Positions 45,821 to 57,599 are shown, numbered from the stretch's first letter. The stretch is 64,000 nt of DNA from Calditrichaceae bacterium (GCA_050173015.1 JBFXLE010000005.1:112194-176193); one strand, 5' to 3'. The notes: a model not told the origin generated them from the letters alone. Numbers and translations are program-made.

Positions 45821-45950
45821 GCCTAACAATGTATAAAAATAATAGACGAGACAGTAGTAAATTCAAGGCTTGTCGCTCGCTTCAACTTCATCTCGGTTTG
45901 ACAGGAAAGTAGTACGCAGTCGGCCACTATTCTTATACTAACCATTAGCA
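45821..45950 (+). repeat. attC-like site 2 (core GTT mutated to ATT)
   Basis: GCCTAAC-aatGTATAAAAATAAT...ACTATTCTTATAC-taacc-ATTAGCA. Confidence 0.8.
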
Positions 45951-46026
45951 GCAAAGTTGACAAATCCATCTACTAAAACTATAATCTAACTTGATTAATG
46001 AATAAATATGAAAAATATAGAAATCA

Positions 46027-47472
46027 ATGAATAAAAGAAAAACACGATATTCTTACATCTATTTGTTATTTGCATTTATTTCACTTTTCTTTTTTAATGG
46101 TAAATGGATTTTACCAATTGCCGCATTTTTAGCACCAATATTTGTAATTCGTTTTTTACGGTTTCAAAAACCATTTAAAGGATTTCTGATAATTGTTCTT
46201 GTTGGTTGGGTGTCAAACATATTCGTCTGGAAGGGAATGATGCCCATGTCAGGATTTTTCTACTACCTGGTTTCTTTTATGATGAGCTTATTTACTTCGC
46301 TGACATTTTTGTTAGATCGAATTTACACTCAAAAATTTAAGGGAATCATTTCGACACTCATATTTCCTTCTGTTTATGTGACAATGGATTACATTACCAT
46401 ATTAACTAATCCTTCAGGTTCATACGGAACTTTGGTTCACACTCAGTCATCTTTACCCTTATTACAGCTTGTCTCCATAACTGGCATTTTTGGGGTAATA
46501 TTTTTAATTACGTGGACTGCATCAATTATAAATTGGCTTTGGGACAATCATTTTGAGAAAAATAAAGTTTATTCATCGTTTTGGGGATTTGGTATTCCTT
46601 TTCTCGCGGTAATTTTATGGGGGCAAATAAGATTGTCTTCAACAATTGATTCACAAACGGTAAGAATAGCTTCAATTAATAGCACTAAAACAGAGTATCA
46701 TCATCGTATGACAACGAATTTTGACTCTTTAGTTGAAAAGGCAAACCAGGGATTTTTAGAAAATTGTGAAATAGCGGCTTCATCAGGTGCCAAAATAATA
46801 TTTGGACGAGAAACAATCATCAGTTTGTCCGTTGATACTGAAACTAACTTCATCGAAAAAGCTAAAACAATTGCAATACGTGACAGTATTTACATTGGAA
46901 TTCCCATCAATTTAATACCTAAGGAAAACTCCAATGAAAATCCTGAAAACAAAATAACCTGGATTTCTCCAACAGGAAAAATACTATTTACATATCATAA
47001 GGCAAAGCCAACTTATCCGGGTGAATGTGATGATGGAAATGGAATTATAAAATATTTTGATTCGCCTTACGGAAGAATTGGTTCAGCCATTTGTTTCGAT
47101 ATGGATTTTCCCTCCTTGATTAGTCAAACCGGTAAAATGGATATTGACATTATGTTAGTGCCGGGTAGCGACTGGGAAGATATTTCGCCTTATCATACCT
47201 ACGTGGCATCCATAAGAGGCATTGAAAATGGTTTTAACATGGTTAGGTCAACATTCAAAGGATTTTCTGCTTCCTTTAATTATAAGGGGCAACTTTTATC
47301 GTCCAATGACTTTTTTAAGACCAACGAAGTAATTTTATATTCTGATGTGCCTATTAAAGGACAAAAAACGATATATTCATTTTTAGGAAATTATTTTGCG
47401 TGGCTCTGTATTATATTCTTTCTCTCAATGAGTTTTGTTTTCTTTAAAAATAAATGGATTAATAAGAAGTAG
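46027..47472 (+). CDS. Cassette 3: membrane-anchored nitrilase/CN-hydrolase (Lnt-like)
   Basis: Multi-TM N-terminus, LLQLVSITGI; triad contexts FGRE, YHKAKP and ICFDMDF. Confidence 0.8.
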   Translation: MNKRKTRYSYIYLLFAFISLFFFNGKWILPIAAFLAPIFVIRFLRFQKPFKGFLIIVLVGWVSNIFVWKGMMPMSGFFYYLVSFMMSLFTSLTFLLDRIYTQKFKGIISTLIFPSVYVTMDYITILTNPSGSYGTLVHTQSSLPLLQLVSITGIFGVIFLITWTASIINWLWDNHFEKNKVYSSFWGFGIPFLAVILWGQIRLSSTIDSQTVRIASINSTKTEYHHRMTTNFDSLVEKANQGFLENCEIAASSGAKIIFGRETIISLSVDTETNFIEKAKTIAIRDSIYIGIPINLIPKENSNENPENKITWISPTGKILFTYHKAKPTYPGECDDGNGIIKYFDSPYGRIGSAICFDMDFPSLISQTGKMDIDIMLVPGSDWEDISPYHTYVASIRGIENGFNMVRSTFKGFSASFNYKGQLLSSNDFFKTNEVILYSDVPIKGQKTIYSFLGNYFAWLCIIFFLSMSFVFFKNKWINKK

Positions 47473-47487
47473 GAATAAAAACCCAGC

Positions 47488-47618
47488 TGCTAACAATGTA
47501 TAAAAAAATAGGCGGTTTAGTAATAAATTCAAGGGCTGTAGCCCGATTCAACTTTCGTTGTATCTTGAAAGTGAAGTGCATTAAAATCCCGCACTACGCA
47601 TAGCCGAAACCGTTAACC
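47488..47618 (+). repeat. attC-like site 3 (apparently chimeric)
   Basis: TGCTAAC...GTTAACC; left part resembles site 2, right arm resembles site 4. Confidence 0.78.
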
Positions 47619-47640
47619 TTTAATAAATACCCGAAATCAA

Positions 47641-48456
47641 TTGAAAAAAATATTTACATCAATAGTCATACAGGACAAAGAAGAAAAGAAAGAGTATCGA
47701 TGGCAGGTTTCGATAACGGTACTCATTCTGTTTATTTTCGGTTCAGTCATAAATATACCATTTAGCAGAGAAGTCAAAAAATTAAACATAGAAGCCGGCA
47801 AGACAGGCATAAACCTGAATGAATCAATTTTTACTGACTTAACTACCATCGGGATTAGCAGTCTGATATTAGGTGCTATATTAGTTTTTATCGGTTTATG
47901 GGTTTCTTCAAGAGCCAACCTGGGAGCGCCGCTAATTGCAAGATTCTTTTCTAAAAAACCAATTAACATAATAAAGAGAGAAGCCATCCTGTCAAGTATT
48001 CTTTTAGCGGCAATGGTGGCTTTAATTCTATTGGGTTTATTTGAAATTCAAAAAGAGTTCTATCCGGTTGCGAATAAACTTTCACGCCCATCCAAACCTT
48101 TTTATGCTCTTGTGTCATTCTCTGCCGGAATTACTGAAGAGATAATGTTTAGATTAGGATTAATGTCGTTCATAATAACGGTGATTCAATTTTTAAAAAA
48201 AGTTGAAAATCCATCGAATAAAATTGTCTGGACAGGCATATTAATTTCCGCGATATTTTTTGGGCTTATCCACCTTCCCTTATCGAAAAATTTTGTAGAG
48301 TTAACACCTTTTACAATTAGCGTGACAATGATTGGAAATTTAATAACAGGGTCAACATTTGGCTGGATATTTTGGAAACGAGGATTATTAGTCGCGATTT
48401 TATCACATGTTGTGTTTGATTTAGTTTTTCATGTAATAGGAACACCATACGCATAA
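47641..48456 (+). CDS. Cassette 4: CPBP (CAAX/Abi) intramembrane metalloprotease
   Basis: TEEIMFRLG, FGLIH, AILSH..FD motifs; TTG start. Confidence 0.85.
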   Translation: MKKIFTSIVIQDKEEKKEYRWQVSITVLILFIFGSVINIPFSREVKKLNIEAGKTGINLNESIFTDLTTIGISSLILGAILVFIGLWVSSRANLGAPLIARFFSKKPINIIKREAILSSILLAAMVALILLGLFEIQKEFYPVANKLSRPSKPFYALVSFSAGITEEIMFRLGLMSFIITVIQFLKKVENPSNKIVWTGILISAIFFGLIHLPLSKNFVELTPFTISVTMIGNLITGSTFGWIFWKRGLLVAILSHVVFDLVFHVIGTPYA

Positions 48457-48465
48457 AATAACAAT

Positions 48466-48597
48466 GGCTAACATTGGCTATAATTCATTGGGGTTTTGTG
48501 CCACACCATAATAAAAGTATATATCAAACGACTGATTTCTCAGCGGAATAATCCTCGGGATGATTCCACAACGAAATCATAGCCGATGCCGTTACCC
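48466..48597 (+). repeat. attC-like site 4
   Basis: GGCTAAC-atTGGCTATAATTCATTG...CAACGAAATCATAGCCGA-tgcc-GTTACCC. Confidence 0.82.
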
Positions 48598-48756
48598 GCA
48601 AGCAAATGTCAAGCGGAGCTCATAAATAATCGTGCATTTGTAAGCTTTTACGTTGGTATGACTTGTTGCGTATGACCAATCGCGCGTATTAATAAACCAG
48701 TCAGGCGGTCTTCTTTAAATCAAACGATCAATTTCCTGTTTTAAACCAAATCCGCG

Positions 48757-48884
48757 CGCTAACAATCCATAAAAATCATCGCTAAACTTCTGCAATTTTA
48801 GAAATTTCTTTTTCTCTTTAATCGTTATGTCTTTTAGTTATGTTTCTGCTTTATTCCTAACGCCTTTGATGCTCAATGTTAGCA
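48757..48884 (+). repeat. attC-like site 5 (degenerate)
   Basis: CGCTAAC...GTTAGCA, 128 bp; arms only weakly complementary. Confidence 0.6.
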
Positions 48885-48935
48885 GGAAGGCTGGAAGCCA
48901 CGAAAGAAACGATAAACTTTAGATCTATAACTTAA

Positions 48936-51125
<2,190 letters not shown>

Positions 51126-51132
51126 ACCCGGC

Positions 51133-51265
51133 TGCTAACACCATATATAAATAATGGCGGGGCTTGCAGCGTATTAAAGCGTTCTGCCCCGCCATTAACT
51201 TTTGTGGCAATTTGACGGGATTCAGCCCCGAAGTCCGCCACTACACATATGCGTAACCGTTAAAT
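51133..51265 (+). repeat. attC-like site 6
   Basis: TGCTAAC-acCATATATAAATAATGGCGG...CCGCCACTACACATATG-cgtaacc-GTTAAAT. Confidence 0.85.
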
Positions 51266-51407
51266 TGATTATCAATATTGCGTATATCAAGGACATTTAC
51301 CCGGAAAAAATACGCGGTTCCGCTCTTTTAATTGCATCAATTCGTTCTGGTTTATAGGTTTTCATTGAGTCCTACGCCGATTTGCTCACCTCCGGTTAAA
51401 CCCAATC

Positions 51408-51559
51408 CGTAATGCGCCGAATTACTTAGCAAAACTCTTAGACCTTATTTTTGTTATCTTTAACCTTAGTAGAATAAACGCGACAAAAATACAAAACCTT
51501 ATTATCTTATCCGCTTTACAAATCAGACTAGCAATCTTTCATACATTTTGTATCCAGCT
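51408..51559 (+). repeat. Diverged ~150-bp direct repeat, copy 2
   Basis: Colinear with 40814-40964. Confidence 0.85.
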
Positions 51560-51700
51560 CGTCGTTCTCTCCCTGAACAAACCCAAATCGTCCGGGGAAT
51601 AGAAACCCGCCTATCGATTGGCGACAAAATAGAGCAAAGCATAAATTGAGCATAGTAAACGGGAAAAAGATTACGAGCCTGACCAAAAATATATAAACAG

Positions 51701-52765
51701 ATAATAATATCATCCCTTTGGGGTTAGATATAATCAATGTACCATTTAGCTACAATAATTTCAGCCCTTCGGTATTAAATAAACCAAATCAAATCCCGAA
51801 AGAATAAAAATATCTATTTGAATGGCTTGAAGAATGATGCCACCCCTCCGGGGTTTGGTATAATCGATAAACCATATATCTATAATAATATCAGCCCTTC
51901 GGGCTTATAAAACCAAACCAAATCCCGATGGGATGACGTGATTATAGGTGAAATAACCAACAAACTAAAATCCCAAAGGGGTGACATGATTATAGGATGA
52001 GATATTCACAAAATATAAACCCCGAAGGGGTGAGATTATTATAAAGGGGAGATTATTGTAGAGATGAGATAACCACAAAATCCAAAATCCCGAAGGGATG
52101 ATATGATTATAGATGTGACAAGATTGAAAAAAACAAACCACAAAATCCAAACCCCGAAGGGGTGTCATTATTATAGAGATAATGTGATTATAGGATCAAA
52201 TAATCACAAAATCCAAAACCCCGAAGGGGTGACATGATTATAGGATGAGATATTCACAAAATATAAACCCCGAAGGGGTGAAATTATTATAGAGATGAGA
52301 TAACCACAAGATCAAAAACCCCGAAGGGGTGACATGATTATAGATGTGACAAGATTGAAAAAAACAAACCACAAAATCCAAACCCCGAAGGGGTGACATT
52401 ATTATAGAGATAATGTGATTATAGGATCAAATAATCACAAGATCCAAAATCCCGAAGGGATGATATGATTATAGATGTGACATGATTGAAAAAAACAAAC
52501 CACAAAATCCAAACCCCGAAGGGGTGCCATAATTATAGAGATAATGTGATTATAGGATCAAATAATCACAAAATCCAAAATCCCGAAGGGATGACATGAT
52601 TATAGATGTGACATGAATGTAAAAAACAAACCACAAAATCCAAACCCCGAAGGGGTGACATGATTATAGATGTGAAATGGTTATAAATGTGAGATGATTA
52701 TAAAGAACGAACAACAATATCCCGAAGGGTTGACATTATTATAGAAGTAACATTATTATAGGGTT
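51701..52765. repeat. Left REP-like palindrome array (4 reverse + 14 forward copies)
   Basis: Unit AAA(C/T)CCCGAAGGG(G/A)TGACAT(G/T)ATTATAG with a period mostly of 48-68 bp. Confidence 0.95.
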
Positions 52766-52812
52766 GACGTGGTTATGGGTGATGTGTTTTATAAAAATCC
52801 AGGGAGGACGAT

Positions 52813-53277
52813 ATGTCCGGAACGTATTCACAAATCTACATACATATTGTTTTCGCCGTAAAAGGCCGTGGAAATATCATATCCAAAACATGGCAAAACG
52901 AATTGCATAAATATCTAGCAGGTATCATTACCAACAAAGATCAAAAATCAATTATTGTAAACGGGGTGTCAGACCATGTTCATGTGTTTGTTGGCTTAAA
53001 GCCTTCAATGCCTGTTTCAGATTTGGTTCGAGATATAAAAAACAACTCAACCAATTTTATAAATAAAAAAAATTTTGTGAGCGAAAAATTTGCATGGCAA
53101 GAAGGTTACGGCGCTTTTTCATATGGTCATACACAAATTGAACAGGTATATAATTACATATTAAATCAGGAAGAACATCATCACAAAAAAACATTCAAAG
53201 AAGAATACATGGAATTTCTTCGAAAAAACGAAATAGAGCATAATGAAAAATATCTATTTGAATGGCTTGAAGAATGA
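52813..53277 (+). CDS. tnpA: IS200/IS605-family HUH Y1 transposase (REP-associated type)
   Basis: YIHIVFAVKGR, DHVHV (HUH), WQEGYGAFS, YILNQEEHH (Y1); GGAGG RBS; no tnpB. Confidence 0.95.
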   Translation: MSGTYSQIYIHIVFAVKGRGNIISKTWQNELHKYLAGIITNKDQKSIIVNGVSDHVHVFVGLKPSMPVSDLVRDIKNNSTNFINKKNFVSEKFAWQEGYGAFSYGHTQIEQVYNYILNQEEHHHKKTFKEEYMEFLRKNEIEHNEKYLFEWLEE

Positions 53278-54080
53278 TGCCACCCCTTTGGGGTTTGAGA
53301 AAGACTATAATCCATCTAGCTATAATAATATCAGCCCTTCGGGCTTAAAAAAAACCAAACCAAAATCCCGAAGGGGTGACATGATTATAGGATGAGATAT
53401 TCACAAAATATAAACCCCGAAGGGGTGAGATTATTATAGAGATAATGTGATTATAGGATCAAATAATCACAAGATCCAAAATCCCGAAGGGATGATATGA
53501 TTATAGATGTGACATGATTGAAAAAAACAAACCACAAAATCCAAACCCCGAAGGGGTGCCATAATTATAGAGATAATGTGATTATAGGATCAAATAATCA
53601 CAAAATCCAAAATCCCGAAGGGATGACATAATTATAGATGTAAGACGATTATAAAGAACAAACAACGAAGACCAAAATCCCGAAGGGATGATATGATTAT
53701 AGATGTGACAAGATTGAAAAAAACAAACCACAAAATCCAAACCCCGAAGGGGTGTCATTATTATAGAGATGAGATAACCACAAGATCAAAAACCCCGAAG
53801 GGGTGACATGATTATAGATGTGACAAGATTGAAAAAAACAAACCACAAAATCCAAACCCCGAAGGGGTGACATTATTATAGAGATAATGTGATTATAGGA
53901 TCAAATAATCACAAGATCCAAAATCCCGAAGGGATGATATGATTATAGATGTGACAAGATTGAAAAAAACAAACCACAAAATCCAAACCCCGAAGGGGTG
54001 CCATTATTATAGAGATAATGTGATTATAGGATCAAATAATCACAAGATCCAAAATCCCGAAGGGATGACATTATTATAGA
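53273..54080. repeat. Right REP-like palindrome array (2 reverse + 12 forward copies)
   Basis: Same unit and spacer classes as the left array. Confidence 0.95.
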
Positions 54081-54081
54081 T

Positions 54082-54153
54082 GAAGAAAAATATTTGAAAT
54101 CAGTACGTGGTGATAATTACATTGATAATAAAAAAAAGCAAACCGATATATGA
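54082..54153 (+). pseudogene. Possible 3' remnant of an isoprenylcysteine carboxyl methyltransferase-family gene
   Basis: EEKYLKSVRGDNYIDNKKK resembles the EE..L....G..Y..Y C-terminal motif; starts abruptly at the array end. Confidence 0.4.
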
Positions 54154-54270
54154 CAACAAATTAAACGCGAACGCGTAACAGCGTTTGCGCCGGCTGATAA
54201 TTACGAAACCCGCAATCTTAAACCATTTATACACGTAAACATTTACCAATCAAAAAAGACCGGGAAGAAC

Positions 54271-54936
54271 ATGACACTAAAAGAAACACTTGAACAGCTT
54301 AAATCGCTAAGCGATGAAAAGACAAGAGCCTACAATATTAAGAATGGTGTAGGCGAAAATCAGTATGGTGTAAAACTCGGCGACCTCCGAAAGGTGGCCA
54401 AAAAGATAAAGACAAACCATGGCCTGGCCATTGAATTATGGGAAACAGAGAACTTCGACGCGCAAATGCTGGCAATGCTCCTCATCAAACCAGATGAACT
54501 TAAAGCCGGTGAATTGGATGCGATGGTGCGCTCTGTGAAATATACCCGGGTGGCGGACTGGCTGAACTCCTATGTGGTGAAACTCCACCCTGACAACGAA
54601 ACACTACGCCGGAAATGGATGAAGGACGCCAACCCCATGGCAGCCCGCGCAGGCTGGAACCTGACTTCCCAGCGTGTAGTAAAGAATCCTGAAATGGTAG
54701 ATATACCGGCATTACTTGACCGTATTGAAAGCGAATTGGCTGCAGCCGCTCCGGAAGCGCAGTGGACCATGAACTTCTGTCTTGCCGAGATAGGCATCAA
54801 CCATTCCGGGTACCGGCAGAGGGCCATTGATATTGGAGAAAAGTTGGGTGTGTATCGCGACTATCCCGTTTCAAAAGGTTGTACATCACCATTCGCCCCA
54901 ATTTGGATAAAAGAAATAGTTAGCAGACAAGAGTAA
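54271..54936 (+). CDS. DNA alkylation repair protein (AlkD-like HEAT repeat)
   Basis: GVKLGDLRKVAKKIK.NH.LA.ELW, QWTMNFCLA.IGI, KGCTSPFAPIWI. Confidence 0.8.
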   Translation: MTLKETLEQLKSLSDEKTRAYNIKNGVGENQYGVKLGDLRKVAKKIKTNHGLAIELWETENFDAQMLAMLLIKPDELKAGELDAMVRSVKYTRVADWLNSYVVKLHPDNETLRRKWMKDANPMAARAGWNLTSQRVVKNPEMVDIPALLDRIESELAAAAPEAQWTMNFCLAEIGINHSGYRQRAIDIGEKLGVYRDYPVSKGCTSPFAPIWIKEIVSRQE

Positions 54937-54945
54937 AAAAACCTG

Positions 54946-55078
54946 GCCCGACAACGGCTCAGAAAACATACGGATTGATGACATAGATGGAAGCATTTTC
55001 GATCTAACAAAAACCATGTACACGACTGAAAAATACGTGATCTTCAACCCGCGCGTTGCTAAACCGGGACCGTTATGC
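54946..55078 (+). repeat. attC-like site 7 (degenerate left core)
   Basis: GCCCGAC-aaCGGCTCAGAAAACATACGGATTGA...TCAACCCGCGCGTTGCTAAACCG-ggacc-GTTATGC, 133 bp. Confidence 0.65.
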
Positions 55079-55113
55079 TGAAAAAACGGAATAGTGCATT
55101 CACATTCCAAAAG

Positions 55114-57360
55114 TTAAATACTAAATAGGTATTGAAATTTCATAAAAAATTGTCGTGAGGTCTGCTCCCACCCGGCTTCGGTATAATCACGATAGTTATG
55201 CGATGAGCCCATATAAAATATGGTAAAGGGATTTAATTTATAACTCAATAACGGTTCTACAGAGAACCTGCTGTTGAAGTCGTTGTATTGAAAGACCAAT
55301 CGTAAAAACAACTCGCGCGTGAACTGCAAATTATTTCTCAGTCTGAAGATATACCCGCTAAATACTTTTTCATCATTGTCAAGCCGGTACATATCTGAGA
55401 AACGGACGGCGGGTTCAATAATCCATCTTTGAGCCGGTTTAATGGTACCCCAAAATTCAAAATTGGTACCTCTTCCTTTTACGGGATCATCATCAAAACG
55501 GTTGGCAATCATCCGCCCGGTTTGAAGCCAAAATCCGAGATGCAGCGGATCTGAAAAATCGGTATCAAATTCCATTTCAAAGCGGTTAATATCGGAAAAT
55601 AGCTTATCCTTGAATCGCTCGCTGTTGAATAAATAGGCGACACTAAAAAAGGTCTGTTTTTTAAAACGAAAAGAAAGTGATGGATTTATCCACTCGTCTT
55701 TTATGATACCATCATAATTCCAGACTCTTCCTGTACTGACACTTGGATTGATCCGGTTCAGATATTTGTTGTCAAAATAGAAGGTATATCCGTTCCACAC
55801 GGAGGCCTGTCTGCGGTTACTGCTGGTAACAAAACCGTTATCTGCCCTAAATGTGGGTGATGTTTGCCTGAAATCAATATCAAAATTCCAGTGACGGGCA
55901 TCTCTTTCAAAACTAGCGTAAACCGCGTTTCCGTTATATTCTTCTCCGTCAAAGGATGCGGAATAATTCCCGTCATCAAACCGGATACCATTCAATTCGC
56001 TTGTTCTGGATGTATCGTTTGGTTCAGCGGTTCTGCTGGTCACCGCCTGAACTTCAAGCCGGTAATTGTCAAGGAGTCGGAGGGATCCGTCAATTCCAAT
56101 GGTGGTGCCGGATCCGCCACCGTCATAGCGCCGGTCCGTAATAATGGTTCCGAGATATGAATCTTCCAGGAAAGTTTGTTTAAATCTTAAGATATTGGAT
56201 ACACTGCGCTCCATCGGTACGAAGGAGCTCCGTTCCTCAAAAGGGAGAATCAGTGGTGTTGTTTCGTCGACGGCTGTGAGGAAGGCGAGTGTGGAACGCC
56301 GCCAGCGCCCGATAACTTTGCCCGCGGCAACCGGATCATTTATTGAGCGGGTGTAAACCACGTCAACCCATGTGGAGAATAAATCACTTCCCTCCAGGAA
56401 AAAAGGTCTTTTTTCGGAGAAACTCAACGCAAACGGCTGATTAATATCAATTTTGTCGGCATCGGATTCAACCTGGCTGAAATCGGGATTGTAGCTCCCT
56501 TCAACGGTAAGGCTTGGAGTGATGGTCCATTTAATTCCCAGGGACGCGTCACCATTAATGTCATGATTTTTGAAGTCGGAATCAGGATCAGATGGATCCT
56601 CAAGCGTAGCGGTCTGATTTGTAATCAAAGAAGGCAATAATTCAACTGATCTGCCGGATTCCACGTTTTTTATATTTTTCAAACTCCCGTATTGGCAAAG
56701 AAAGCAAGGATTATCCCGGTCAATTGCCGCCCACGAGTATGTGTTTCGGCTTTCCCGGGGATGTGTTCTCCAGAAATTGACGCGCCAGACCTGTTCATCG
56801 CGATCAGGGAAACGCAGGCTGGTAAACGGAATAGCCATTTCGACCTGATAGCCGGTTTCGGTAATTTTACCGTTGCTGGAAAATATGAGATCAAATCCGT
56901 CATCCTCGCCTGCGCTGCTTGAATAACGTGTATCACCCTGAACACCCAGAGGATTAGAAAATATAAAATATGCCCAGCTTGCATCGCCATAAGTATCTAT
57001 GAGCAACCCGATATAATCATCCGACCAAATCTGATCCCGATCCCTGAGAGAAGCTCTTATTTTCCGCGGATCATCTTCGCAGAGAAACGCCACGTAAAGG
57101 TTGGTGTCATCGTATGTCATAAGAACTTCGGTTTTTACGGGAGGTTTTGTCTGATCGCCCGGTTCAGTCTCACTAAAATTATTAGCGCGGATGGCATGCG
57201 ACCAGCCGTCATCCGATAAATCCCCATCAATTATGATATTTCCCTGCAGGCGGGTCAGTGATAATTCAGGCGCGATATTCGGCCTAAAGGTCTCAGGTTT
57301 TTGTATGTCTCCGGCAAAAATAAATATTGGAATCAAACAAAGGAAAACAATATACTTCAT
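55114..57360 (-). CDS. CBM9-like + DUF5916-type exported/outer-membrane protein
   Basis: Signal peptide, IDGDLSD..W, YDDTNLYVAF, EMAIPF.SLRF, NPDFSQVESD, EKRPFFLEG, C-terminal KFQYLF. Confidence 0.75.
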   Translation of the reverse strand: MKYIVFLCLIPIFIFAGDIQKPETFRPNIAPELSLTRLQGNIIIDGDLSDDGWSHAIRANNFSETEPGDQTKPPVKTEVLMTYDDTNLYVAFLCEDDPRKIRASLRDRDQIWSDDYIGLLIDTYGDASWAYFIFSNPLGVQGDTRYSSSAGEDDGFDLIFSSNGKITETGYQVEMAIPFTSLRFPDRDEQVWRVNFWRTHPRESRNTYSWAAIDRDNPCFLCQYGSLKNIKNVESGRSVELLPSLITNQTATLEDPSDPDSDFKNHDINGDASLGIKWTITPSLTVEGSYNPDFSQVESDADKIDINQPFALSFSEKRPFFLEGSDLFSTWVDVVYTRSINDPVAAGKVIGRWRRSTLAFLTAVDETTPLILPFEERSSFVPMERSVSNILRFKQTFLEDSYLGTIITDRRYDGGGSGTTIGIDGSLRLLDNYRLEVQAVTSRTAEPNDTSRTSELNGIRFDDGNYSASFDGEEYNGNAVYASFERDARHWNFDIDFRQTSPTFRADNGFVTSSNRRQASVWNGYTFYFDNKYLNRINPSVSTGRVWNYDGIIKDEWINPSLSFRFKKQTFFSVAYLFNSERFKDKLFSDINRFEMEFDTDFSDPLHLGFWLQTGRMIANRFDDDPVKGRGTNFEFWGTIKPAQRWIIEPAVRFSDMYRLDNDEKVFSGYIFRLRNNLQFTRELFLRLVFQYNDFNSRFSVEPLLSYKLNPFTIFYMGSSHNYRDYTEAGWEQTSRQFFMKFQYLFSI

Positions 57361-57599
57361 CGGATATACTTTTCTTGTTAAATCATTAAAAATTGAAGGT
57401 GATTTCTTTTCTTTCTACGGTAATAACCCATTTTTGTTGCCAAATATTTAACAAAATTAAAGCTGATATATTTTTGAATACCATAAATAGTGAATTTCAA
57501 ATTGGTTGATATTTCCTGCGGGTTAGATTAACTTACTTGCTATGGTAATAGTTACAAATTTAGCTGTTTGATATAATTATTAAAACTCTCACAAGAAAG

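Noticed and set aside
51965-52168. 67-aa ORF within the left array
   Set aside because: It is a by-product of translating the repeats (PLRG recurrences); there is no coding evidence.
51920-54080. CRISPR array interpretation of the regularly spaced palindromic repeats
   Set aside because: Spacers recur in a few near-identical classes and vary from ~21 to over 40 bp. Repeats occur in both orientations, there are no cas genes, and an HUH transposase lies in the middle.
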